A stretch of DNA of 64,000 bases, from positions 291,648,001 through 291,712,000 of the forward strand of contig OZ024743.1 in assembly GCA_964016885.1 (NCBI GenBank), read 5' to 3'. The notes beneath the pieces are model-generated. The model made no database searches. It was not told the origin of the DNA and saw only the letters and a program-made list of their open reading frames with translations. Origin of the DNA: Eledone cirrhosa. Taxonomy: Eukaryota. Within the stretch, counting starts at the first letter, position 1; each line of letters opens with the position of its first letter. The position numbers and the translations under genes are program-made. Shown in pieces: positions 42,114 through 55,812 of this stretch.

Positions 42114-45100
42114 TTCCTTGAATCTCGGTCATTGATGTTGGTTAACTGGAAAGTCCGTTGGATTGAATATCAAGCCGCTACCTGCAGCCTCAGATATTCA
42201 GGACGTATCGGAGGGTTCTTGCTGTTCCAAGCAAGCATGCCTTTTGAAGCGTTCCAAAAAGCGTGAAGGGACCGATTTTCTTTAACCATCCCTGAAAACT
42301 TTTGGAGATAGTCCCCAGTGCGCCTATGACAATCGGGATCACTTTGACTTCATGGCAGTTCCAAATCCTTTTCACCTCCCACTTTAGGTCCTGGTATCGG
42401 TTAATTTTCGCCCTCTCCTTCTCTTGCACTCTCGTGTCGAACGGGCAGGCCACATCCACAATCAGACACGATCTTTTTTCTTTGTCCACAACCACCAGGT
42501 CAGGTTTATTGTGTTCCAGTTTTTTGTCCGTCTGTATCCTAAAATCCCACAGCACCTTCACCTGATTGTTCTCCATCACCGCCTCTGGCCTATGCTCATA
42601 CCATTTCTCAGAATGTGGTAAATTGTTTACTTTGCACAGGTGCCAGTGGATCACCCTGCCCATCACATCGTGTCTCCAGCCCTTATAGTGGGTCTGGGCT
42701 AGGTGTTTACACTCGGACACAATGTGAGCCACAGTCTCCTCTCTCTCTCACAGATCCTGCACAGTGGGCTAGCCTCCTCCTTGTAAATATGGTGCTTCAA
42801 CCACATCGTTTTGAGGGCCTGCTCCTGCGCAGCCATTAGCATTCCTTCCGTAACCTTTTTGAGGTCTCCTCTTCTCAACCAGTTCCATGTCTGTGGATCT
42901 CTAAATTCAGTTTTCTCAAAGAAGGTACTATGAAGGGATTTTCCCTTAAGGCTGCTCTTCCTCCTTGATGTTATTTCCTCCTTGGACATCCCCTGGCCTA
43001 CTGTCCCCTCCTTCAGTACAGTTCTGAGATATGGCTCCTTACTATAGGTCACGTATTTGTATAGGTTGTTTTTCTCCATCTGAACACAGTCCTCTATGCT
43101 GATAAGACCTCTTCCACCCTCAGATCTCCTTAGGTAGAGTCTATCGACATCACTCCTCTTGTGGAACATGTTGTAGATAGTCAATAGCTTCCTAGTCTTC
43201 CTATCCATTTCTTTTTGTTCAGCAACATTCCATCTCAGAATTCCCGCACTGTACCTAATAATAGACACAGCTCGGGAATTTACTGCGCTTATGGCATTTC
43301 TGCTGTTCAGATGTGACTTCAATACGCTCCTTACTCTCCGAATGTATTCAGTTCTTAACAATTCCTTCATTTTTTTGTTTTTTATGCCATCAGCCTCCAG
43401 AACGCCCAAATACGTGTATCCTTCCTCAGAGTCAATTTCCTTTATCATCTCACCTGTTGGTATCTGGATCCCGTTACTTCTGCTCAACCAACCCCTCCTC
43501 ATCACAATGACTCCACATTTACCAATACCAAACTGCATACATATATCACTGCTGAAAATACGGACAGTGTCAACAAGCACATCCAACTCCTTCTCACTTT
43601 TCCCGAAGAGCTTAAGATCGTCCATGAAGAGGAGGTGATTGATGGTAAGCTCTCCCCTTCCCAACTTGTATCTTGCTCTCACATTTCGCAGCATAATGGT
43701 CAAGGGCATCAGGGCAAGGACAAACAACAGAGGGGACAGGCTATCTCCCTGGAAGATACCTCTCTTGATCTTCACGCTTCCCAAGGATACTCCAGTTGAT
43801 GTCAACTCTGTCTCCCAGGACCCCATACTCCTGCCTAGCAACTGTCTGATGTTATCTGCCACCCTGAAGATCTCCAGGCTTTTGGTGATCCAAGAATGAG
43901 GCACCATGTCAAATGCCTTTCTGTAGTCTATCCATCCCATGGCAAGATCAGTGTGTCTCCTCCTGCAATTCCCCATTACCATCTTATCAATAAGTAACTG
44001 GTCCTTTGTACCACGTGACTTATTTCGGCATCCTTTCTGTTCGTCCGGTAACAAGTTGTTTGTGTGGAGGTGATGGTAGATTTCCTCAGACACAATGCTC
44101 GTCAACAGTTTCCACATTACGGACAGACATGTGATAGGTCTATAGTTGGTAACATCATTACCCTTGATTCGGTCTTTCATTATCAGAACTGTGGTACCTT
44201 TTGTCAACCACTCTGGCACCTCACCCGACACCAAGCAGTCATTGAACATGGCCGTCAGCTTCGGGTGGAGGGATGTTAAATGTTTAATCCAATACCCCTG
44301 CACACCATCTGGGCCTGGTGATTTCCAGTTGGTTAGTTTTTTGGCCTGCCCCTTAAGAGTTTCAACTGTGATACTCAAATCAGTTTGTTGTTGTGCCTGC
44401 TCACCGATCTCCCTCTGTACTGTCTCAATCCACCCTGCCTGGACATTATGTCTAACATCCTGCTCCCATATTCCTCTCCAGAATGTTTTAGTTTGCTCCG
44501 CCCCAGGGATCAAGTCGTTGCCTCTTTCTTTCCCCTCAAGCTGTCCAAACAGCATCTTCTGGTTGTTGTCGAACATGCGGTTCTGTTTATACCGACTGAC
44601 TCTGTTCTCGTATCGCCTGATTTTTGCACTCTTTGCTACAATGCGTTGCTTCAGTTCCTCTATGATCATATTTAGCTTTTTCCTCCTAGTTTTGTATTTT
44701 ATTTCCAGTCTATTTTTAGTGCCTATGTTTTTTAGTGTCCCATTCAGTAGTGACTCAAGCTTTCCTATGTCATTTCTCATTTCCCCGATTTGCCCACTCA
44801 GTCGCTTCTTCCACCACGGCTCTGCTCTTTCTTGTCTGTTGTTTCCTCTCGCTTTTATACCAAGTAGTTTCCTCACCGTATTTGCTGTTGCTTTGAGGAT
44901 ATTGTTGCACTGGTGAAGGCTCCTCGCCTCAAGGTATGGTATGAATTTGTTTACCTTAGCTGTTGTTTCTCTTAACTTTTTCCTGTCTACAAATCTTAGG
45001 TTCATAGGTCTCGCACTATCATTGTTCAATTCATCTACCACTAAATTTAGGATGTCAACCGAATCTTGTCCTAGCCCGTCAGCATTCATCTCCTCATTGG

Positions 45101-46361
45101 CCGTATCTCTGTTCCAGGTATTATTTATCTCAGTATTCAGATCATTGTCTGCTTCGGGTGGTTCCTCCGTTCTCAGGACCTCTTCACCTTCATTTCCCAC
45201 TGGCTCGCTTGTCTGGCATACTACACCCGCCATCTCCAAGCCATTCTCTCTGCTCAGTTCCTCCAGTTCCAGCTCGCTTATCCACCCATTAGTTCTTATT
45301 ACCCGAGCCTGCCCGGCCAATTTTTGTTCATCTAATTTAAATAAACCAATCTCGTTCCAGATGTTATGCATCCGTCTCCTGTAGCCCCTCTCCTTGGGGT
45401 TACTTTTCAGGTAGCATTGCATAACAGTTCTATTCAATTCTTTCGTCCAGTTGGTTCTGGCCCCTTTCCTTCTTCTTCTTCCTCCAACATCAGCAGTATT
45501 TGGTTGACAGTTAGGTTCCTGCTGCTGAGCCAGGGGGCACCTGTTGGGTGAGAGTCTGTCACATGACGTTCTAGTCTCCATTTCACCGTTATTCGAACTG
45601 TTTATGTTCGATATTTAAACACTCTTATCGAGGATTGGCGAATGTATGTTTACATAGCCATCTGTGGATCCGCCATCCCACTTGGCCCTTGTGTGGCATT
45701 ATCACCACGCTGTATACGGACACACATAAACAAACAAACACACGGGCAGAAAGGGCCCCGAAAAGAGGAGAGGAGGGGGGGGGGGTTCTTCTTCTTCCAT
45801 TTATAGCCATTTTATTTATTCTTTTTTTTGGGGATATACAGTGTACAATACAAAGTTGAATATTTGAATATTTGAGCCGTATTACTGTAGTGATGGTGCT
45901 GTAGCGGTGGCAGCAGCAGTGAAGGAGTCAAGGGGTGGTGGCGGCGGTGATGGGATAGTGGTGGTAATGATGGCCGTAGTGAGCGGTGGCGGTGAAGGTG
46001 AAAATGCTGTTGTGTTTAGTGTACACAGATGATGGGGTGGGTGGTGTATCTAGTTTCTGGTGTTGGTGAGTTTAGCTGTCCTATATAGTGTAGCCAGAGG
46101 AGAGGAGGGGGGGGGGTTCTTCTTCTTCCATTTATAGCCATTTTTTTTTGGATATACAATGTACAATACAAAGTTGAATATTTGAATATTTGAGCCTTAT
46201 AACAATATATTTTGGGTCCGAATTTTTTTGGGGCTCAAGCCGGGTGCTTTACGTAGCATTTGTACTAAGAGTTGTTATTTCACAAATGATTTAAATATGT
46301 TAAAAATTCAAAACTTACGGGAGCGATTTCATGACCTCCGTCACCTCGTGCGTCTTCTTCC
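42114..46361 (-). mobile_element. Near full-length R4/Dong-clade non-LTR retrotransposon
   Basis: RT/REL ORF bounded on both sides by (TTA)n. The 5' boundary near 46361 is inferred from the microsatellite. Confidence 0.88.
42190..45581 (-). pseudogene. R4/Dong ORF: RT + CCHC + restriction-like endonuclease, with one frameshift near 42730
   Basis: KSPGPDG, NYRPITCL, EQKGCR, IDYRKAFD, GIFQGDSLSP, LFMDDLK, CRIC..ETVAHIVSEC, RHD, KPDLVVVD..IVDVACP..K..RY. The frameshift lies in a (GA)n run. Confidence 0.95.
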
Positions 46362-46413
46362 CTTATTATTATTATTATTATTATGATTATTATTATTATT
46401 ATTATTATTGTTG

Positions 46414-46677
46414 TACTTTGAGTCTCAGTCATTGATGGCTAGTTAACTGGAAAGTTTGTTGAAATGAATATCAAACCACTACCTGCAAACTCAGATAATC
46501 AGGACGGTACGGAGGGTTCTTGCTGTTCCCAGCAAGCATGCCTTTTAAAGCGTTCCAAAAAAGCGTGAAGGGGCCAATTTTCTTTAACCATCCCTGGACA
46601 CTTTTTGAGATAGTACCTAGTGCGCCTATGACAATCGGGACCATTTTGACCTCATGGCAGTTCCAAATCCTTTTTAC
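46414..46677 (-). mobile_element. 5'-truncated R4/Dong copy
   Basis: IWNCHEVKMVPIVIGALGT plus the shared 3' UTR, ending in (TTA)n. Confidence 0.85.
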
Positions 46678-49600
46678 GAGAAGTAAGGTAAGTGGTCTTT
46701 CCCATCTTTTCCATTCCATTTCAACATGACCTCACTCAGAATAGGCAGCATAAATGCGTGTGGCTTGGGGTCGTCATGGAAGCGGGCCACCTGCTCAACG
46801 ACCTCAGGTCACTAAACATAGATGTAGTGGCCATCAGCGAGACCAGAATCTCCGAAGCACGGGCCTTCGCACCGATCTTCGGCGGCTATGATGTGTACGC
46901 ATCTCCCAGCCGTCCTGGATCGTGGGGAGGAGTTGTTTTGCTTTTTCGGAGAGGTTTGGATCTCGCCATACGGGCGATCTTCCTGGACCCAGAAGGTAAC
47001 TTGGTGGTGCTGGACGTGACCAGCGGAGATGGGCAAGCTTTCAGGCTAGTGGCCGTCTATGCCCCGACAGGAGCAGGGCGGCCTGATTTCTTCCGGCGTC
47101 TGAAGACCTTTCTTGGAAAGTCCCGCTCTTTAGTGTTAGTGGGCGACTGGAACGGTATCTTAGATGCACGCTCGGACTGTGTGGGATTAGCGGATATGGG
47201 AGGAGGGTGCAATAGCCTCACCAACCTGCTCAGGCGTTTTGAACTGTCTGACAAGTACCGATTGGATTTCCCGAATGTGCCAATGTGGACTTGGACAAAT
47301 CGCATATCGTGATCTTCCAGATCATATCTAGATAGAGTATTTTGTAGGGAAATATATAGGTCTAGCATAGGCTGTACACAATTCAAGATAGTCAGCTACA
47401 CGGACCACAAATTCGCGATCTGTGTGCTTGACTTAGATAGGCTTCATAGACGAGGACCCGGCTACTGGAATCTAAATGCGTCCTTACCAGCGCGCAAGGC
47501 CTACAGAGACCGGATTAGCGAACTAGTTAAGCTGGCGTTGACTTGGGCCATCGTCAACAAGTGGTTGTTTGCTCTGAAAAGAGCGATTAGAATAGAGTCC
47601 ATTAGATTTAGTAAGGCTTTAGCAATAGAGAAAAATAGTGCAGTGGGAGAACTAGTTAGAAAATCAGACGAGGCGCTTAGCAAAGAAATCGCGACCGACG
47701 TACTTGCGGCAAAATTGGCCCTTGACCAATTCTTCAATGCAACGCACGAAGGCTGCGTTGTCAGAGCTAGGGTGCGTACTCTCAGACACGAAGGGACGTA
47801 AGCCGTTCAATGGGCCCGAGTGGCGGAGGCGCATCGTGGCAACAAAGCCACGATCCGGTCTTTGGTGGACCACGACGGGCCGAATAGAGGGATGGACTTC
47901 AGTGTCTACCTCGACGGACTGCCGCGGGTCTCGGCCACGGAGGCGGAGTTTTGCGAAAAGCCGATAACAGCCGCTGAAGTACGGGAGTCAATGACTGGCT
48001 GCACAATGGGTAAATCGCCTGGTTTGGATGGTCTGCCCTATGAATTTTACGTACGGATGGCAGAATTGTTCGGAGGCCTCTTGGCGGACCTCTACTGCAA
48101 CTGGCAACAGAACGGGGGAATTCCCAGCTCTGGGAGCCGAGGAGTTGTGGCGCTGCTGAGAAAGGATCTGAACAAGGGGGATAACATAGATAATTTCAGG
48201 CCATAACTCTGCTAAACACAGAGTTCAATATTTTGGCCAAGGTGCTAGCAAAGAGGTTGGCGCTTGTCGTTGGTGGTCTGGTGGGAGAGGCACAGAGGGC
48301 GGCTGGCGTTGGGCCCGTCTTCAGATGCTGGAGCGCTGACATGCCCAGCGACATCTGCTCTGTGGTGAGAGTGAACAGTCACCTTTGGGAACCGTTCAAC
48401 ATCATGCGCTCGGTCCGCCAAGGATGTCCACTCTCGTCCCTCTTGTACGTATTGACTCTCGAGGAATTACTGCACAAACTGGAGACGTTGAGGGGGTTCT
48501 CGCGCGAACTAGGATGCGGAAGATCCGTGTTAGCATATGCGGACGATGTCACCGTAGTGGTGTCGAACGCCAAACACATGAGGCGATCGGCACTACACTA
48601 AGAGAATACGAAGCGGTGACAGGAGCAATGATCAACCAGGAAAAGTCAGTGGGCTTGCAGCTCGGCACCTGGAGAGGCAGGTCCATGCCGTCCAATAGCG
48701 TCGTCGGGCACTGGACGGAGGGACCGGTTAAATTGCTAGGTGTCTGATTCGGTACGGACCTCCAGACGGACAAAAACTGGGACGAGTTAACGAGCAGGGT
48801 GGCTTCTTTCACCTAGAAATGGGCGGAGAGGAAGCTATCCCTTAAAGCTCGAGCAGAGGTGACCAGGGCGTACATCGCCTCCGTCATCTACTACCGCCTG
48901 ACTGTCGTACCTTGTCCTAAGCCCCGCCTGACTGCGCTGGAGCGTTTGCTATTTCGCGTTTTGTGGAAGGGACGCGCTCAGTTGGTCAGACGCTCCATCT
49001 GCTGTCAACACCCGCTACGTGGAGGGCTGGGAATGCTGTGACTGATGATGCGCAGACACGCGCTCAGGCTACGACATCTCCACCTCTTCCTCGACGGTGA
49101 TCAGGTGTGGTCGCCGTTTGCTAGACACGTCTTTCCCCAGCTCCTCTCCTTGACGGAGATGCTGTCCTGGGTCAAGCGAAGACCGAGAGGGAGCGCTTGG
49201 AGACTGGAATGTCTTCAGGCGCTCACAGCCCTCGACCAATCGAGCAATGTGATCGGTGGAAACTCCACCTTGGCGTTCTCTAGAGGATTAGTGGAGGGGA
49301 AGAGCGACGACGTACTTGGAGAAACTCTAGGTGTCGATGAAAATCAGCTAGCCAATCTCTTCGGAAGGACTTTCGTGCCGGGGCCTATGGACAACTTCCA
49401 GACATCCCTGGCCTGGCAGTGCTACTGAAGAGCTTTGCCAATTCGGGATAAACTCTACAGGCATGGAGGTGCCGTCAGCCGGGCATGTCCGAGATGCGCG
49501 CAGGGTGACGAAACCGTCCTGCACGCACTCGTCCAGTGTCCGCGCATTGCTGACTTGTGGGTTTATGTCGAACACCTGCTGTCACGTGTAGGACGGATCC

Positions 49601-50146
49601 AGCTATCAGCTGAGTCCATCGTGAGGATTTCCCCACCCTCTTCCTTTAGCCGAGAAGGGCAGGCAGTTTTTATCTGTCTAGTGGCTATGGCGAAAGAGAT
49701 AGTATGGTGGACACGTTTGAAAGGGCTGAAGACGAGCACTTACCTCTTCGGTGATACCCTGATTAACTTTTTCAAATTTCATTTGAAAAGGAAAATCAGG
49801 GTAGAGAGGGAAGTGCTCTCTTCCCAGCCTTTTGTTGAATGATGGGCGAGAGAAGCGAGTATGGCCCGAGTGAATGGGCCTACTCTGAGTATCTGTCTTT
49901 AAATTAAAGGTGGAAAACTGGGAGAGGGCATTTATCCTGGTGGTCAGGGTGACTGTGGCCTATTAATGGGCTTTCTCCACAAATGTCCTTCGGAAGTCTC
50001 CCCCCCTATTGGGGAATTTTTCATTGTAATTTTTTTACATCCTCTGTTTTTTTTACACGCAGAAATGCCCATTTGTACCGTCCTGTATTGCCCTGTACTG
50101 TCCTTAATGTCTAATTTATGTAAAACCTTGTGGTTAATAAAGAAAG

Positions 50147-50147
<1 letters not shown>
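46678..50147 (+). mobile_element. Decayed Tx1/L1-clade LINE ORF2 (APE + RT + zinc finger)
   Basis: AISETR, VYAP, VGDWN, TWTN..SYLDR, TDHK, GPGYWNLN, KSPGLDGLPYEFY, NFRPITLLN, RQGCPLS, AYADD, CPRC..ETVLHALVQC. Many stops; AATAAA near the 3' end. Confidence 0.92.
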
Positions 50148-50202
<55 letters not shown>

Positions 50203-50205
<3 letters not shown>

Positions 50206-50450
50206 CTTGAATCTCAGTCATTGATGTTGGTTAACTGGAAAGACCGTTGGAATGAATATCAAGCCACTACCTGCAGCCTCAGATGTTCAGGACGTATCGG
50301 AGGGTTCTTGCTGTTCCCGGCAAGCATGCTTTTGAAGCGTTCCAAAAAGCTTGAAGGGGCCGATTTTCTTTAACCATCCCTGGAAACTTTTGGAGATAGT
50401 CCCCAGTGCGCCTATGACAATCGGGATCACATTGACTTCATGGCATTTCC
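50203..50450 (-). mobile_element. 5'-truncated R4/Dong copy
   Basis: Near-identical to 42114-42360; (TTA)n on both sides. Confidence 0.88.
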
Positions 50451-50467
50451 ATTATTATTATTATTAT

Positions 50468-51850
50468 TACAGTTGCATTTATCTTGCTTTATGTTCATAC
50501 GAGTTATCACCAAGTCACAACCAGTGACCTCAAGAGACAACAAGGTCCGCCATGTTCAAGAAAGAACATACATATTCACACATGCATCTTTAGTGTTTAG
50601 ACTTGTGATGTACTTATATTGACAGAATCTTCCTTAGTTCCCATTAGTACTATCTTTTGTATTTCTCTTATACGCGGGTTTCCTGGGATTTGCGATAAGT
50701 AATCATTAGACCCCTTAGGTATCATTCCCAGACCGCCTACAACCACTGGTATTGTTTTAGTTCTCAATTTCCACATTTTTCCAATTTCTATCTCCAGGTC
50801 CTTATAGTTGCTCAATTTTTCAAATGTTTTTATAGATACATTCTTGTCTATTGGAACAGACATATCAATTAGCAGGCATACCCTCTTTTGAAAGTCCTTC
50901 AATATTATATCACGTCTATTTGCATCTATTTTTAGGTCTGTTTGGATGCTAAAGTTCCACAAGATTGAGATGTAATATTTTTCATGTATGGGAGGTGGTT
51001 GATGCTCCCACCAATTCTTTTGATGGGGCAGGTCAAAATGCTTACACATTATCCAATGTATGTACTGTGCAGCTCTGTCATGCCTGTTTAGGTATTCGGT
51101 TGGAACTATAGGACTGCACATTGAAATTATATGGTCAATGGTCTCTGGTTGTTTTTTGCATACACGGCATAATGGGCTGCACCTATTTTTTATTATGTTG
51201 GCTTGGTAATTTTTTGTTGGCAGACACTGATCTTGTGCCGATATAATCAGTCCTTCAGTCTCCGATTTCAGTCCAGAGGATGCCAACCACTGATGGGTTA
51301 AAGTTTTGTCAACATCAGGATTGTTAGCTCGCTCTGGGTATTTTCCATACAGAGGCTTTTCTTGCCATTTCTTAGCCAGTTTCTGTTACAGCTCTTTCTT
51401 TGCAGTTACTTTTACCTGCTTTGCTTTTTCTGTGTTTTCCATTTCAGCAGTAAATGGGACTTCTGAAATTTGTAGTCCATTACTGTATCTTTGTGCATCT
51501 TTTGTAATGGAGTATGATCTTTTGATGCTTTCGTGTTTCAAAACGAGTTTGATCATCCAATCATGTGATTCCCTTATATATGTAGATTATCCAATTGTTG
51601 CAGTTTTCAACGCAATGTCTAACTGGATTAACCCACGTCCTCCTTCTTTCCTAGGGAGATATATTCTATCTATATCTGCCTTAGGGTGATGCATTCTGTG
51701 CATGGTTAAGAATTTTCGAATTTTTGTATCGAGCCTACGGATCTCTGTGCTTTACCAGTTGATGACATTGTAACTGTAGGTTACTACTGGTATGGCAAGC
51801 ATGTTTATGGCATCGATCCTATTCCTTGCATTCAATTCCGTTCTTAAGAT
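50468..51850 (-). mobile_element. Different R4/Dong family, 5'-truncated
   Basis: ETEGLIISAQDQ, CRVC..ETIDHIISMC, RHD, RDIILKD..LIDMSVP, KYKDL-like motif; (TTA)n flanks. Confidence 0.88.
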
Positions 51851-51861
51851 TATTATTAATT

Positions 51862-51911
<50 letters not shown>

Positions 51912-53646
51912 CAGATTTTTCTTTCATCAAAAATTATCATTGCAAATATCTTGGTTAATATATTGACATTTATAGAATGCAGAAATAATATATCTAATTA
52001 AGATACCAATGTTTGTAAAAGTTTTAAGACCGCCGATATCTATTTTGTTTTTACATATTTCGCTCTATGACAGATCAACAAGTTCACTCGTGTCATAATA
52101 TTTAATTTCGCCAACATGTCTGGCATTTTGAGAAAGGTCGCATTTATATCTAATATTTCGTATAAATTATTACTCAATACCCCATACCTTTGTCTCTACT
52201 GATATTTATTAGGGTATTTCCACTATTCCGTTAATACATTTGTCTATGTTAGTTTTGAATGTATATATATATATTTTTTTTTCAGCACCTTTATTTATAT
52301 ATATATTTCCATTGTTATTGCAAATGTTGCTAGAATCAGATTAATAAATAACATGAGTAGTATTTCCCCATGCGTTATTACGATTTAGAGAACGATCAGT
52401 TCAAGGATCTTCAAGATGCAGCTAAGAGGCAGAGACAGTTATAGTCGTATGTATGTAACTAAATCACACATCAATTTCATATGCTGCCGCAATTTTATAG
52501 GGTTGTAAGTTGGTTTTATATTGTTTTGTTTACAACTGGCTTTTACAAACCTAAAATACTCTTTAGAAACTAGCACAGCACTGCGAACAGGCTAGCTGTA
52601 TTAGGGTATTTGCTAAAGTCTCAGCAGTCAAAAATTATAAATATTGGAATTCTTCAAAATCTAATCTATTTTTTATGAAGACAATTTCTAAATACTGTGT
52701 TGGAGTCCAGTTCATTGTAATTCTACAATAGTTCAAGCAGCTTTTAATGATCTTTAAAGCATCTCAGTAGGATAATATTTTACTCTGAAATAAAATAAAG
52801 CTAACATATCAAAGACAGTTGTCTCTTTTCAGCTTACCTCATGGTTCCTTGTTTTAGATAATGCGAGTCTTTGCGTTCATTGTGCTTCCCGTTTGCAGGA
52901 GCATTGCTAACAATTTTTACATTACATTTATATGACTGTGTTTTATTCCTGTTTCATATAGCAATGGGAATGTGGTGATGCGTACAGATATTATGGATTG
53001 CAGTTACGGAGACAGCAAACTACACGACGGTACCTTTAGAAGATATAAACGTCTTTCATCAAAGAAGACAATGGTGAATCTCGCGTGTACCAAAGTAATC
53101 TGATTTAACATTTGTTTAGGATATTTCTGCTCAGAAAATAACCGTAAAATTCTAGAAAATTATCCCATATATTTCTTGTCTCAAATATTAATTTCTTTAA
53201 AAGGTGGAGAAGTTTATGATGGACTTCATGTATGGCTGACCTCGAAATAACGATCAACTTGTCAAACTGAATGTTGAACATTTAACAAATCTGTATCATG
53301 TTCTCTTTATGAAAAGAAAGGTAATTGTGAAGCTCAAGCTTGGATCGGATGTTAGTTCTTCAGGAATGAATAAAGTAAAGAGAAAGAAGGGTTTGAAAGT
53401 AAGATTAAAGAGAAAAATTGTCAAGATATGTAAGATGGGCAGAGAATTAGTTCAACGTGTGGAGTTATGTGCAGAGCGGAGCTGGCGAATCTATCATTGA
53501 GATTGTTTTGTGTGTCTAGATGAGTGCATTTATTGATTGCGTGAGTAGTTCGGTCTATATGTGTTTGTTTTTGTGCATTGTTAATTGGAATGTACGCACG
53601 CACACACACACATACACACACACAGACACAAAAGTATATATATATA

Positions 53647-54410
53647 TGGGAGAAAGGATGATCCCGACGACAGAGCTCAAGCCGTTTCGACGGCTATTTC
53701 TGGACTAAAGTAAGAGTTTTTTCGTCTGGTAAATAAATAGCCGAACTTTTTAAGGGGTACTTCCTTATATGGGAAGATTGTAGTTGTCAAGAGGATTGGT
53801 CAAAATTTTGTAGCAGAACAGAAAAGTCTATCATGGCAGTGGGTTGCGGGGTGTGTGTGGGTGTGGGTGGGGGCTGAACTTGACCGTAGAACAATAGAGG
53901 AGTGGGTAGAGCCCGTCAAGCACTGAAGGTGAAATCTACACGGCAAATTCTAAGGAATGTGTATGAAAGTAGGCCAGGGGAGGTAGGCGAGAAAAGGTTT
54001 CTTTAGAAAATGGAGGAGGGACGATATAGAAAACGTAAATCAAATGAGAATTAGGGGACAAAGAAAAAATATAATAAAAAATGAAACAGATATATCAGAA
54101 TGTAAGATTGGAAAGAGAGAAGTAAAATAAAACAGAAACTAAGGAGTCTAACACAGCTATTGTTCTACAGGCAAGTTCAGCCACTCCACCACTCACGCAC
54201 TGCCATGATAGACTTTTCTGTGTCTGCTACAAATTTTAACCAATCCTCTTGACAACTACAATCTTCCCATATAAGGAAGTACCCCTTGAAAAGTTCGGCT
54301 ATTTATTTACCAGACTAAAAAAACTCTTATTTTAGTCCAGGAATAGCCTAAGTATTGAGTACTCTGCTGCGTTATGGTCCATCTGGTTCCTTACCACAAC
54401 TCCTTCGTTA
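53647..54410. mobile_element. ORF-less fold-back copy of the 6855-7500 pseudo-LTR family
   Basis: 53692-53900 is the reverse complement of 54155-54350. HHR at 53661-53759 (-) has G5 changed to A; the partial + copy at ~54281 retains TTGAAAA. Confidence 0.8.
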
Positions 54411-54521
54411 TATATATATATATATGTATATTATAGTTGTGACAGTAAACAAAAAACAAAAAAAAAACAACGTGGAGGCGAAGACGCAGTACAACATTTT
54501 AATATTAGTTTCACGCATATA

Positions 54522-55025
54522 CTAGTCGTATTACCCGCGCCTTGCTGCGTTTCACACATTTTTTTGTAAGAAAATGATGACTGATTTTAAATCAATGATA
54601 TAATTTATGGAGAAAAATTCGGCATTTCAATATTACTCTATGTAAAATGTAATGCATGAAAGTTTTGAAGACATTATCTTTGGTAATATATCAAATCAAA
54701 ATTACATTATTAAATCATATTCTTATTTTGTTTCTCGTAAATATTTTTTTTCAAAATATCAATTCAAAACTTTTGTGAATAGGCATCATATCTTGTCATC
54801 TACCTATGGTTTAAATTTCATATAAATCGAAGGGAAAACATTTTCAGCGGGGATTTGTAACCCCCGGGGAAACTTTTATTAAAATGAAATATACTCATTC
54901 AAGTACCCTGGGCAATGTAGTTTCAGAATATGTATGGTTATGGGGGTCTATCCCCAAAACCTTAGGAGTAGTTCGTGAACAATCAAACAAACAAACAGAC
55001 GGGAACACAGCTTTATATATACATA
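54522..55025 (-). mobile_element. Probable non-autonomous Helitron (different family)
   Basis: A|CTAG at 54522 followed by the GC-rich CCCGCGCCTTGCTGCG subterminal motif. The other end, CAGCTTTATATATA, resembles the 1946 terminus. Confidence 0.55.
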
Positions 55026-55611
55026 TATATATATGGTAAAGACCATCTTCTGTCTCGAATGGCCATGGGACTTGCACCTAGAAAGTGCCCATCCGAGGGA
55101 CAAGTCCTGGCAACGTTGTTTATGGAAGACCAGCAGTCGCCCATGCATATCAGTCTCTCCTTTCCACGCCAGCGATATATCATGTATCATAGCATAACAT
55201 AAATCATTTAACATTATTTTTTTTCTGTATGTGTAAATTAATACTTATAACACCATACAAATCACATTGTTACATCTTTATTTAAGAGAGCTATAGATTT
55301 TCCATTTTGGTACATTTTCGTAGTAGTCAGGTACATCGCTTAATAAGATTTTGCTGCAAATTAGATTTCATCCTTTCAGAGCTATTACATTTCGATGAGA
55401 TAATTGAGATATCTTCTTGCAAGAAGCATTGAAATAAATTAATTAGGAATTTATATTATTCAAAGTGTTGAAATCAACATTTAATAAAAATAAAATGTAG
55501 AATATATATATATATATATAAACATATTTGTGTGTGCAGATATATATCGATATATATACGCATGCACACACATACACAGACAGACCTCTCTCTATATATA
55601 TTTATAGTGAA

Positions 55612-55797
55612 GGCGTGTGGCTGAGTGGTTAGAGAATTGGATTCACACAATCTTGGGGTTGTGACATCCTTGAGCAAGACACTTTATTTCACGTTGCTTC
55701 TTCTACCTTGAGTTGCGACAGATAGATAGTACAAGCAACTGGTAAGACCGACGAAACATTGTTTCCCCGGTCCGATTTGACGAAAGTCGATCGATCC
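55612..55797 (+). mobile_element. SINE family B copy (B-box region deleted)
   Basis: Homologous to 24900-25108. Confidence 0.8.
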
Positions 55798-55812
55798 TTT
55801 TATATATATATA

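Noticed and set aside
45620-46361. HDV-like ribozyme in the R4 5' UTR
   Set aside because: Expected for some R2-group elements, but no convincing nested double pseudoknot could be built by eye on the sense strand.
52820-53100. Possible host exons (polypyrimidine-AG sites)
   Set aside because: No recognisable protein in any frame; cannot be supported without RNA or homology data.
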